Numbered from the stretch's first letter, positions 10,280-19,352 are shown. The stretch is 32,000 nt of DNA from Promethearchaeum syntrophicum (GCF_008000775.2 NZ_CP042905.2:1680001-1712000); one strand, 5' to 3'. Numbers and translations are program-made. Notes: a model not told the origin generated them from the letters alone.

Positions 10280-10699
10280 TTAATAAGATATAGTTTCGAT
10301 ATTTTCTATTCGAATGAAATGTTCTGTATTTTTAGTTAGGATTTTATTAATACCATTAGAAATTGCAATTCCTGCAATTAATCCATCTCTGAATTCAATT
10401 TTTTGCCCTTTCCTAATTAAATTCCCTAAAACTTTTGCAGATTCTATTGCTGATTTCCTTTTAAATGGTAATATTTGGAATTTCGATAATAATACTTCTA
10501 AGTGTATTTTTCTTGCTTCTAAGAGAGAAGGCTTTTTTTCTAAGCTTTTATTTGCAAAAAGACCCAAATAAGTTTCGAATACATTAATTTCAGTTGTAAA
10601 GAGAGTTTCAGATGAATTTTTCAGAAGAAACTTTTTTACCTCCTCTTTTTTTCGAAGGGCATCAATTAGGAAAGTAGTGTCTACTAAAATTATTTTCAA
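10280..10699 (-). CDS. vapC: PIN-domain ribonuclease toxin (VapC-like)
   Basis: N-terminus MKIILVDTTFLID carries the first PIN acidic residue. 139 aa. TTG start overlaps the stop of the upstream small gene by 4 nt (TTGA). Confidence 0.8.
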   Translation of the reverse strand: MKIILVDTTFLIDALRKKEEVKKFLLKNSSETLFTTEINVFETYLGLFANKSLEKKPSLLEARKIHLEVLLSKFQILPFKRKSAIESAKVLGNLIRKGQKIEFRDGLIAGIAISNGINKILTKNTEHFIRIENIETISY

Positions 10700-10938
10700 T
10701 CACCATATTCTGCTTTGAAATTTTTCTGAAACTCTTGGATTGTACTATAATAGTCATCATATTCAGATTTACTCATGTCCTCCCATCCTTTTGAATTATC
10801 AAACCAGTGAATCATGTTTTCTGCTGTAAAATTCAAACACAATCGTTCAATTGTATCCCCAAAACTCTCAGATGGCAATTTAATTTTCTTTAAAAGATGA
10901 TAAATTTTTTCAGTTACTGATATCGTTTTTGACGCCAT
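10696..10938 (-). CDS. putative antitoxin of the PIN toxin (short CopG/COG1753-like)
   Basis: 80-aa gene immediately upstream of the PIN gene and overlapping it. N-terminus KTISVTEKIYHLLKKIKLPSESFGDTIERL resembles the short archaeal antitoxins that pair with VapC. Confidence 0.6.
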   Translation of the reverse strand: MASKTISVTEKIYHLLKKIKLPSESFGDTIERLCLNFTAENMIHWFDNSKGWEDMSKSEYDDYYSTIQEFQKNFKAEYGD

Positions 10939-11117
10939 AATAAAATAACATCTACATATATATATATAAATATCGAATAGAATTTGGAATAAATCTTTCC
11001 TTCTCTAGGAAATTCTTTTCTTAACAATGTTATCTACGTATTATTAAAATGATAACGCCCATTTTATTTTCCAAAGAATCAAAGTAATTTAGAAAACTAT
11101 AAAGTAGTGTCAAAATC

Positions 11118-13052
11118 TTGCCAATATATCCAAATGAAGTATGCCCCGTCTGCGGAAAAAATCCAAATATTACATATATTTGTGAAGATTGTAATGAGAT
11201 TTTTTGCGAAGATTGTGTCGATCTTCATGGTGAAGATAATTTAGCCTGTTTACAATGTGGAGGTTCAGATATTCATTATGATAAACATGGGCGTTCTTTT
11301 TGTAGAGATTGTGGCAGTCATGATATGCGAAACGTTAAAAATATAAACCCTACCTGTAGAATTTGTGAGAGTGAGAATGTTGTTTTAATTACAGAAAAAC
11401 AAAAGCAATTAATCGAAGATTTTAAGACGATAATCAAAGATACTCGAGCTTTCATTAAACCACTTGAAGAAATGGTAGAGAGATTAACTATTTATCGCCA
11501 CAATTTATACCAATTAAGAAAGGAATATCCCCCTTGTTATCATTACCCAACATTGGAAGAAGATGCTATTATTAACTTTAAATTATTTGATAAAGCCAAA
11601 AGTACATTATATGAACATGTAAATCGATTTTTCCAAGAGATTCAGCACAATATCAACTATATCGCTGAAATCCAAGTAACCCATCCAAGTAATTTACCCT
11701 ATATCAGTGAAATTCTGAAACATTTTGAAAGAGAAAGAAAGAAGGTAACTAATCTTTCCATAAACAACGTGGAAATTATTGATAAAAGAATTAGTCCAGA
11801 TGAAGAAAAAGTGGAATTTATGGGAGCTATGCAAGGATTTTTCACTTCTTTCATTGGAAAACTACAGTTGGAAAGAGATGAGAAAATTGTTTTTGCTTTA
11901 AAATGTAGGCTCTCCACAGGTACATCAAAGAAAAAAGATTATAGCAATAAAAACGGCACAATTTTAATCACCAATAAAAGATTATACTTCTATCATGAAC
12001 AAGGTGTCTTTCAAAAACGAACTGTTGAATTGTTTTCTGTCAAACTTTCTGATCTACAACAAGCAGGGGTAAAAGGAAGACTGAAAAAGAAAGTTTCTCT
12101 GGAATTTTTAAATTCGATGTACCAGTTTTCGATCTCTAAAGATAATCGCGAGGAATTAATTAACTGGATTGAAAAAGCTAGAAAATTTGGATCAAACAAT
12201 AAGCACAACGAAGACGGAATTAAAAACCTTGCAAAATACAAGTTAAACACTAAATTATTTAGAGAAGATTTAGAAAATACTATTTACGAATTGATAGGTT
12301 ATCACGGTTCTTATGTTGATAATCCAAATTCCTATCAAAATGGTCAAACAATACATCCATCTATGTATCGTAGAAAAGGATTTAAAAGACCACAATCAAA
12401 TAGGGAACAAGAATCACGATTTAAACCCATGAATTTTCAAAATAACTTACAACAACAACCTGAAATTAATACTCAACAAGATAGATATGGATCATTCTCA
12501 AACAGATATGAAGAACCAAAGCAAAATCTAATGACTCCAGCAGGTCATTATGGATATCCCCATGATCATACATCATCTTCATTAAAATCTCGAAATTTTA
12601 ATCAAAATTCCCCAAATCCTGTAAGACATTCCAATTCATATCAATCAAATGAGTTTACATCTCAAAATGGACCAATCGATTTTGGATCTCAAAGTCATTT
12701 TGGTCAAGTTCCGCATAGTAATCCTCAAAATTTCAATAATAACGTAGATGATTATAAATATAGGAATCAATCAGTCACTACTCCCGCTTATCCCTCCAAT
12801 ATGAACAATTTTTATAAACAACATAATGAGGAAATGAATTTAAGAAAACAAGTTGATAAATTACGACAGGAAGATTATGCCTTATCTCAAACGATTACCA
12901 TGCTTGAACAGCGATCCGATAAAGGGATGATAAACAATATCGAATTTGTGAAATCATATAAGCAATTACAAGTTGAAAAATATGTTATTCAGGATAAGAT
13001 AAATGAAATTGAGAAATTTCTTAGTGAAAAAAACAGTATGAGAAATAATTAA
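11118..13052 (+). CDS. multidomain protein: three zinc ribbons, PH-like (GRAM/bPH-type) domain, Q/N-rich region, C-terminal coiled coil
   Basis: TTG start; no other in-frame start after the TAA at 11100-11102. Six CxxC pairs in the first 85 aa. The central segment GTILITNKRLYFYHEQG...SVKLSDL...VSLEF matches the PH/GRAM-like beta-sandwich pattern. Residues ~400-560 are Q/N/S/P-rich. The last ~70 aa are a heptad-like coiled coil. Confidence 0.7.
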   Translation: MPIYPNEVCPVCGKNPNITYICEDCNEIFCEDCVDLHGEDNLACLQCGGSDIHYDKHGRSFCRDCGSHDMRNVKNINPTCRICESENVVLITEKQKQLIEDFKTIIKDTRAFIKPLEEMVERLTIYRHNLYQLRKEYPPCYHYPTLEEDAIINFKLFDKAKSTLYEHVNRFFQEIQHNINYIAEIQVTHPSNLPYISEILKHFERERKKVTNLSINNVEIIDKRISPDEEKVEFMGAMQGFFTSFIGKLQLERDEKIVFALKCRLSTGTSKKKDYSNKNGTILITNKRLYFYHEQGVFQKRTVELFSVKLSDLQQAGVKGRLKKKVSLEFLNSMYQFSISKDNREELINWIEKARKFGSNNKHNEDGIKNLAKYKLNTKLFREDLENTIYELIGYHGSYVDNPNSYQNGQTIHPSMYRRKGFKRPQSNREQESRFKPMNFQNNLQQQPEINTQQDRYGSFSNRYEEPKQNLMTPAGHYGYPHDHTSSSLKSRNFNQNSPNPVRHSNSYQSNEFTSQNGPIDFGSQSHFGQVPHSNPQNFNNNVDDYKYRNQSVTTPAYPSNMNNFYKQHNEEMNLRKQVDKLRQEDYALSQTITMLEQRSDKGMINNIEFVKSYKQLQVEKYVIQDKINEIEKFLSEKNSMRNN

Positions 13053-13070
13053 CTCAATTTTTTTTAAGTT

Positions 13071-14276
13071 TTACAAAGATTCAATAATTTTATTTTGTGC
13101 TATTAGCATATCCTTGAATATTAAATCCATCGCTTGTAAAATATCCTTGGAAGTAGAAGGTATACTGCGCTTTGCGTTAACGCTTGCTAAAATTATTTCT
13201 GAAAGACCACGAATGATCATATCTGGGGAATACCAAGGACGTTTAGATGCCCACCATTGTTGGCAAGAGTGAATACCTCGATCTAAAAAACTTCTAGCAT
13301 TAGTATATAGATGTTTTTGATCATTATCCATTCCGTTGTGATATTTTTCCGCCAAATGAACAGTTGTTAATGCGTACATTATCATTCGGTGCTGTTCAAG
13401 ATGTAATGGATTATTTGGGTCGAACCATAAAGGGAACGGGACTTTTCGATCGAGATCGTACGGCATTGTGCTCCAACTAGAAGCCTTTGGAATTTGTTTT
13501 GAACCCTTTGGAAATTTTTCAATTATTTCTGAAACCGTACAAAGTTTTATATCGTTTCTATTAGGGAGTGCCTTAAATAGAGGGATTAGAAAATTCTTAA
13601 TTGCATGTTTTACATGGTGACCGAAAGTTTCACCGTCCATAGCCAGAATTACGTAATAATCGTGATCCTGGTTCTTATATTTTAACCTATTGGCAAATGC
13701 TTCAACCGTGTTTATTTTATCGAATGCACAATCAATTGAAATCATATCATCTCTGAAAACCAAATTTAATCCATTTTTTTCATGTTGAGAAATAAATGTA
13801 CTTGGAAATTCCGGTAGTGAATTTGCAATTCCTGAGCTTATGACCCAATCAAACCCAAGTTTCTTAATCGCTGGAAATATTTCTTCACTTATTGCCATTT
13901 CTGGTGGAAAAAAACCTTTAGGATTATAGATACTTCCGAAATATTTCCGGTTTGTTTCATTATTGATTTTAATTTGACGTAATACTTCCGGTTCTGGAAT
14001 TAATGGTAATAATGGATGAAATTTTCCCGAACCAGTGAAATCTATTTGTCCTCGTGAAGCCAATGTGGATATTCCCTCAATAATATCTTGATAGCCATAA
14101 TCATCTAGCTGTTCTGTTAATGTTGCATTAATATTGAGGGATATCTTGGCTTTCGGATGATCCCGTAAAGCATTCAAAATAGGACGGTATGATTCGTTAA
14201 CGATTTGCTTAATCACTGGTGCAATTTGAACGGGTGGTTGATATATATGTAATAGAAATGCAAAATAAACGACCAT
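13071..14276 (-). CDS. glycoside hydrolase family 57 protein (alpha-glucan acting)
   Basis: N-terminal FAFLLHIYQPP (the H-x-H/Y-QP motif) and MDGETFGHH (catalytic-region motif of GH57); 401 aa. Confidence 0.8.
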   Translation of the reverse strand: MVVYFAFLLHIYQPPVQIAPVIKQIVNESYRPILNALRDHPKAKISLNINATLTEQLDDYGYQDIIEGISTLASRGQIDFTGSGKFHPLLPLIPEPEVLRQIKINNETNRKYFGSIYNPKGFFPPEMAISEEIFPAIKKLGFDWVISSGIANSLPEFPSTFISQHEKNGLNLVFRDDMISIDCAFDKINTVEAFANRLKYKNQDHDYYVILAMDGETFGHHVKHAIKNFLIPLFKALPNRNDIKLCTVSEIIEKFPKGSKQIPKASSWSTMPYDLDRKVPFPLWFDPNNPLHLEQHRMIMYALTTVHLAEKYHNGMDNDQKHLYTNARSFLDRGIHSCQQWWASKRPWYSPDMIIRGLSEIILASVNAKRSIPSTSKDILQAMDLIFKDMLIAQNKIIESL

Positions 14277-14332
14277 AATATATAATATTGCAATTATCCT
14301 TTATAAAGAAAAGAAAAAATTTTGGGGTTATT

Positions 14333-15406
14333 TCAGAATTTGTATCCACAAGCGTGACAAAATGGAGTATTAAGATCTTCATGTTGTTTACCACAAAATG
14401 GACATTTTTTCTTTTTAAATACATGAGAAATGTCTTCTTTTTTTAAATTATTGCTCTGAATCGGTTTTCTTGATATTTTATGTTGGGTTATATCCGCTTC
14501 AAATATAAATTCTGGTTGGTTTACTATTTCGGGTTTAGTTTCTACTTTAACGATGGTAGATTCAAATTGCTGTTTAGGTATTTCTTCTTTTATAATAATT
14601 TCTGGTTGATTTTTCGATTCATTTATTTGTTCAACAGCTTCTTCTTGAATCGAATTTTTCGATATTTTTACGGATTCAGACTCGAATTCTTCTTTTTCGA
14701 CTTTTATTTCTTGAACAAGTTCATTTTTATTTTTGTTTTTCTGGCCATAAAGTACGATTTGGGGCAATCTTCGTTGAAATTTTTCTAAACTTGTTATCAA
14801 CACTGAATTTCGATTATAGAAATATGTGTAGGTTTTCATATTCATTAATACCATTCCAAACGCAGCAAAAATACTTACACTTATTAGTTGAAGGTTAAAA
14901 TACAAAGACCAAGATGCAATAATTCCAATCACAACAAATAGCGGGCCTATTAGAATATTTTTTTGTAAAATCTTTGTGGTTTCATTCTTTCTTAGGCTCA
15001 AATACTTGTTAATATATATAAAAAATAAAATGATAGCTCCAATATAATGATAAAAAGGAAATATTGGGAAATAAATAAGGAGAAAGAACAAAAATAAGAT
15101 AATGTTCAATGCCTTGATAGATTTGAATTCTTCATTTAAATTTAGATCTCTAATGTAAAATAAAATTTTTTTTGTATGGAAAATATATAGAAAAAAACCT
15201 ATAAGGACAACACAACCAATAAAAAAATCAAACCCATTAGCAGTTACAACGTAGCCTTCTGTGTTAAAAATTCTATATAGGAGATCCATAATAAAAAGAA
15301 ATAAGTTAGAAATTAGAATAATATTCAAAAGATATTTAAAATTTCTAAATAACTCTTTAAAATTTTTCAAAGTTCCTTCAGTTATAATTTCAGCCATTAA
15401 TATCAT
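14333..15406 (-). CDS. polytopic membrane protein with E/K-rich linker and C-terminal zinc ribbon
   Basis: About 6 hydrophobic segments, then an acidic/lysine-rich linker with repeated NQPE(I/F)I, then CPFCGKQHEDLNTPFCHACGYKF at the C-terminus. Confidence 0.7.
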   Translation of the reverse strand: MILMAEIITEGTLKNFKELFRNFKYLLNIILISNLFLFIMDLLYRIFNTEGYVVTANGFDFFIGCVVLIGFFLYIFHTKKILFYIRDLNLNEEFKSIKALNIILFLFFLLIYFPIFPFYHYIGAIILFFIYINKYLSLRKNETTKILQKNILIGPLFVVIGIIASWSLYFNLQLISVSIFAAFGMVLMNMKTYTYFYNRNSVLITSLEKFQRRLPQIVLYGQKNKNKNELVQEIKVEKEEFESESVKISKNSIQEEAVEQINESKNQPEIIIKEEIPKQQFESTIVKVETKPEIVNQPEFIFEADITQHKISRKPIQSNNLKKEDISHVFKKKKCPFCGKQHEDLNTPFCHACGYKF

Positions 15407-15460
15407 AACTGAGAAACAATATAATAAATGACTACTATGGTCTGAGTGACATATAAGTAG

Positions 15461-15468
15461 AAAAAAAA
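15461..15468 (-). terminator. oligo-T run (T8 on the minus strand) one nt after the ESCRT-III stop codon
   Basis: Plus strand A8 at 15461-15468; the stop codon is at 15470-15472. A TATA-like tttattatatt follows before the next start, which suggests separate transcription units. Confidence 0.35.
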
Positions 15469-15469
15469 G

Positions 15470-16123
15470 TTAAATATCTAATTCCTTTCTGAGTTGATCA
15501 ATCTCATCTTTCAACTTGTCTTTACTACGCACATCACCGGTTTCTTCTGTGTCATCATAGAGAGACATACTTTCCATATGTTCTGCTTCAGGTGTATCTG
15601 GAAGTTGACCAGCGTCTTCTAACATCAATTCCGTCTCAAGTTGGGCGAGTTCATCATCAATATCGATTCCCATGTCCACCTCTGGGTCACCAGCAAAAAG
15701 TTCTCCCGCCTCGTTGATTTGTTCAATGCTATCTTCAGCTTCTTCAGTGATTTCTAGTGCCCGCTCTGCGTTAACTGTACTTGCAACATTTTTCAATTCA
15801 CCTGCTGAAGCTTCCATTGTTCCAGCAACATCCTTGATTACGCCCGCCTGTTCTAATGCATCTAGATGCCTTTCGCTTCGCATTATCATAGCGTTATATT
15901 GTAAAATTTTTTGTTGATACTGTTTATATCTTACAAGCATAGTCTTGGACGCTTGACGATTTCCAGATTTTAGAAATTTTTTAGCTTTTATTTTACACAA
16001 TTGGGCTTTATTTTCATAGTCCTTGATTTTCAAGTCCAATTTATGGGTTAACGTTTTTAAACGTGCTTCAGTTGTGAGTTTATCATCTTTCTTTCTTTTT
16101 GGAAAGAGTTTATCGAATACCAT
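15470..16123 (-). CDS. ESCRT-III / Snf7 (CHMP) superfamily protein
   Basis: 217 aa. Basic helical N-terminal half (KAKKFLKSGNRQASKTMLVRYKQYQQKILQYNAMIMRSERHLDALEQA), then GTMEASAGELKNV, a strongly acidic C-terminal half, and a terminal amphipathic helix DEIDQLRKELDI. This is the charge-asymmetric layout of Snf7-family proteins. Confidence 0.8.
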   Translation of the reverse strand: MVFDKLFPKRKKDDKLTTEARLKTLTHKLDLKIKDYENKAQLCKIKAKKFLKSGNRQASKTMLVRYKQYQQKILQYNAMIMRSERHLDALEQAGVIKDVAGTMEASAGELKNVASTVNAERALEITEEAEDSIEQINEAGELFAGDPEVDMGIDIDDELAQLETELMLEDAGQLPDTPEAEHMESMSLYDDTEETGDVRSKDKLKDEIDQLRKELDI

Positions 16124-16236
16124 GATTTATTTTAACCTTCCTTCAAAATTTAATTCTTCTAGTTATTAATCTAATTAATTCTTAAAAAATATTTGTGGGC
16201 GCCAGTTCTTAATAGTTCATAATTGATAAGAAAAAA

Positions 16237-17247
16237 TTAAGATCCCTTTTTTTTATCGATTAATTCAACAATTTCAGATGGTAAATGAATGGCAAATTCA
16301 CAAAATTCACCCCCCATAATAACGGAATCAAGTAATTCTACATCTACTGGACATTCTAATACTGCTTCCCAGTAATTCTTGATAAATCCTCCGCTACAGT
16401 TGCAGAAAATCGGATTAATTGGTTGGTCCTCTTCTAATAAAGCTTCACGAATCATTGGGTTATGGCACACATAATAATTTCTCTTTCGCCTATCCTTCTC
16501 AGATAGAGCCTTATTCGTCATATATGGGATCTTTTTCATTATTATTGTATTCCCTTCTCGAATCCCCGCACTGATTTTTTGATCGTTTTCCACAAAATCC
16601 AGAACTTCCTGAGTAATTGGTTGTGTAAAGAAGAGGGAATTTGCTTTATAATGTTTTCTAAGGTTATCCATTAAGGTTTGATGCTTAAATTTTAGGAGTT
16701 CATCGATATTTTGCGATTTTTGAAAGAATTCATGACCTTGTACATAAGAATCTGGATATTTGTCACGCAGTCCAAGTTTAAAAAATGCTATACTTTTTTC
16801 TGGACCCAATTTCTCAATTATGCGTGCAACTAATTTTTTAATTATTGCTGGTTTTTTCTTTGGGTGCAATCCAAGTGGTGGAACTTCAACTCCAGTGAAT
16901 ATCTCGTCATGAAATTCTTGCCCAAATTTCTCAATGAGTTGTTTAGATAGGTTAGGAAACATTTCCCCTCCATCTATTGTATCCATAGCTGCAATTATCA
17001 TATCTTGATTTTTTAAATAATAACCAAAATAGAGAAGATAAACAAAATTTTGATATGTATTAGTTTTTTCTTGAATCATTTTAGCTGAAAAGTCATGAAC
17101 ATTATCATATGTGCTTGTAGTTATATCAGATCCAACTTCATGTAAGAAACGTTCGAATTTATCGATGATGGTTATTGCATCTGTGATTTTTTCTTGAGAC
17201 ATTTTTTTTTGCTCTAAAAAGTCTTTATAACCGTTCAAAGTCATCAT
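16237..17247 (-). CDS. hypothetical soluble protein with C-terminal Cys cluster
   Basis: 336-aa ORF starting 9 nt after the upstream membrane gene and preceded by GGAG. C-terminal YYVCHNP...FCNCSGGF...LECP...FCEF suggests metal binding. No family recognised. Confidence 0.6.
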   Translation of the reverse strand: MMTLNGYKDFLEQKKMSQEKITDAITIIDKFERFLHEVGSDITTSTYDNVHDFSAKMIQEKTNTYQNFVYLLYFGYYLKNQDMIIAAMDTIDGGEMFPNLSKQLIEKFGQEFHDEIFTGVEVPPLGLHPKKKPAIIKKLVARIIEKLGPEKSIAFFKLGLRDKYPDSYVQGHEFFQKSQNIDELLKFKHQTLMDNLRKHYKANSLFFTQPITQEVLDFVENDQKISAGIREGNTIIMKKIPYMTNKALSEKDRRKRNYYVCHNPMIREALLEEDQPINPIFCNCSGGFIKNYWEAVLECPVDVELLDSVIMGGEFCEFAIHLPSEIVELIDKKKGS

Positions 17248-17256
17248 AATAACTCC

Positions 17257-18156
17257 TTATGTTTTTTTTACATGTATTTCAACTGAATCAGTAATCCCCA
17301 ATTTCTGAGCTTTTTTTAATATAAAGATATTTGTCTTGCTGAAGTTTTTGATTAACAAAATTTTTAGGGGTGCAAAAATAAATGCCAAGAATATCGGCAT
17401 TAAAGGCCAAAAGACAAGAATTCCAATGTTTGAAACTGCATCAGTGGTTGTATTATAAGAAATTAAATTAACGATAAAAATTATAAACGTAATGATAGCC
17501 GAGATTCCAGAATATCCCTTTAGATAACGATGAAACCACTCCCCTACACTATGTACATTAGTATTTTTAAATTCGTCGTCTTCAACATATTTATTTGTGC
17601 TAATTATTGCAGAATCGATCAAAAAATATATTGAAGTGAATAATATGTTAGCAATAATTGACGTTAATGACATTACAGGCAGTATGACCAAAATATTTGT
17701 AAAAAAGGTTCCTGTTTCTAGCGTTATAGGGTCCAGAAACAATTGTCTAACTGCTGGGAATTCTGATATTATGAACCCTGTATTCAAAGTAAAGAGAGCT
17801 GGGTAAAAAACCCTTGAGAAGCTGAATTTCAATTCTTTTGGGCGTGATATATTTTCAATATAGCACATTTGACTTGATTTATATACTCTTTTATAGATTT
17901 TTAATAAAGATGGTGAGATTAAATATGCACTGTAATATCCAATAAACGGGGAAACATAGTAAAAAAGTATGAATACTCCCAAATCCCATATTACATTATC
18001 AAAAAATGTGATTTTCATTCCACCAGAGGATTTCATAAGAAAACCGGATATTATAATATAAGAAAATGCAATAATTACTCCAATGAAATATTGAATAATC
18101 CATTTTTTTAAACGCGAATTTGTTGTTTTAACGCTAGAATTTTCCATTTTGATCAT
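17257..18156 (-). CDS. polytopic membrane protein, unknown function
   Basis: 299-aa ORF with at least 7 hydrophobic segments. Likely co-transcribed with 16237..17247. Confidence 0.6.
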   Translation of the reverse strand: MIKMENSSVKTTNSRLKKWIIQYFIGVIIAFSYIIISGFLMKSSGGMKITFFDNVIWDLGVFILFYYVSPFIGYYSAYLISPSLLKIYKRVYKSSQMCYIENISRPKELKFSFSRVFYPALFTLNTGFIISEFPAVRQLFLDPITLETGTFFTNILVILPVMSLTSIIANILFTSIYFLIDSAIISTNKYVEDDEFKNTNVHSVGEWFHRYLKGYSGISAIITFIIFIVNLISYNTTTDAVSNIGILVFWPLMPIFLAFIFAPLKILLIKNFSKTNIFILKKAQKLGITDSVEIHVKKT

Positions 18157-18524
18157 TACAATTAAGTGATTTAAGAATAAATCTATCTTTAACTATATTA
18201 AATTTTCTGTATTGAATAAATGAGTGAGCCAAAAGTATTCAACTTTGATATTTTCCCCACTAAAATTTAAGAGGGTTAGCTTGTCTGAGTTAATTCCATC
18301 AATTTTTAATCGCTCGTTAAACTGACCTATAAAAAATTTCTTTGATTGGTCTTTAATGAAAATAGATTTGAAGATAACCTCATTTTCCTATTTGTTTCCT
18401 AAAATCTGAAAACTGGGATAGGATATTATATATTGTTCTTAGGTATAATAAGTTACATTTCTTTTCAATTTGTTAGATAAATTAGAATTATATTTATGGA
18501 TTGATTTTTTTTGTTTCAACCCAA

Positions 18525-18959
18525 TCAAGAATTAATTCTCTTTAAAAATCCATCAAAATGATGGTCAAATGACCCCATAAATTCAATTTGAAATTCTTTA
18601 CAGAATATTATGTTTGAAACATCAACGAAACTCATAATTTCTTTTTTTGATTTTGCATTTAGATTTACAGATTTAAACATATTCCATGATTTTTCTTCGA
18701 TTTCAGATGACCAAGTTAAAATTCGAACAAATTTATTCAAACCATACAATAGTGAATAAAATTCTTCAATAATTTCCATATTATGATTTGTTCTAACTAA
18801 AAGCAAAGTTGCAGTTTCAGTAATTATTGCGTTAGATGTATAAATTAATCCAAATTGTCCTGAACTCATTTTTCTAAATATTGAAAGACTTTGTTCATGA
18901 AATTTATCTTTTGGATGGCAAAACCCTAGAAAGAAACCCGAATCTAAAAAAATCCCCAT
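18525..18959 (-). CDS. vapC: PIN-domain toxin (VapC-like), second copy
   Basis: N-terminus MGIFLDSGFFLGF (PIN first acidic residue), internal TSNAIITETATLL, C-terminal SFVDVS...FD. 144 aa, preceded by a small partner gene. Confidence 0.75.
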   Translation of the reverse strand: MGIFLDSGFFLGFCHPKDKFHEQSLSIFRKMSSGQFGLIYTSNAIITETATLLLVRTNHNMEIIEEFYSLLYGLNKFVRILTWSSEIEEKSWNMFKSVNLNAKSKKEIMSFVDVSNIIFCKEFQIEFMGSFDHHFDGFLKRINS

Positions 18960-18970
18960 TCAATCAACCT

Positions 18971-19255
18971 CTAAAGTAAATATATATCATTATCTTCAGG
19001 ATTATTAAATGTCGCTTCTTGATTATATGGAGTATCTTTAAATCTCTCAAATCTTTCAATGATTTTTTTCGCTCTTTCAGGATTTAACATAGGGGTCGTT
19101 GATGCTAGTGCCAAAATTTCTTCAAAATTCTGTGTAGAATATTTTAAACATAAATCAAGTGTTTCTTGTTGTGTTATTTTCCGACCTAGCCTTAAAATTA
19201 ATTTTGCTTGCATGTCATCAATTAATTTCTTATTTGATATTTTAATTACAGCCAT
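18971..19255 (-). CDS. putative antitoxin partner of the second PIN toxin
   Basis: 94-aa gene ending 11 nt upstream of the PIN gene. The N-terminal beta-strand/helix pattern (MAVIKISNKKLIDDMQAKL) is compatible with an RHH/AbrB-type antitoxin. Confidence 0.5.
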   Translation of the reverse strand: MAVIKISNKKLIDDMQAKLILRLGRKITQQETLDLCLKYSTQNFEEILALASTTPMLNPERAKKIIERFERFKDTPYNQEATFNNPEDNDIYLL

Positions 19256-19352
19256 ATAATAATATAAAATATACTTGGGTATAAAAAGCTACTTTATAAT
19301 ACAATTTGCCAAATAATTTATAATCATATTTTTGACTTATTTTTAATTGTAG

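Noticed and set aside
10956-10968. (AT)n microsatellite in the divergent spacer between the antitoxin gene and the 11118 gene
   Set aside because: It is short and expected in an AT-rich promoter spacer. It may simply act as TATA-like sequence and is not distinctive enough to call.
14209-14424. 71-aa minus-strand ORF bridging the GH57 start and the neighbouring gene's end
   Set aside because: It overlaps both flanking, better-supported genes in different frames.
14480-14788. 102-aa F/Y/R-rich plus-strand ORF
   Set aside because: It is antisense to the E/K-rich linker of the 14333..15406 gene, and its low-complexity composition is the complement of that linker. Shadow ORF.
18193-18387. 64-codon stop-free frame plus its stop codon on the minus strand, downstream of the second PIN gene
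   Set aside because: It has no ATG, GTG or TTG anywhere in frame and no recognisable motif. Possibly a gene remnant, but not supportable as a feature.
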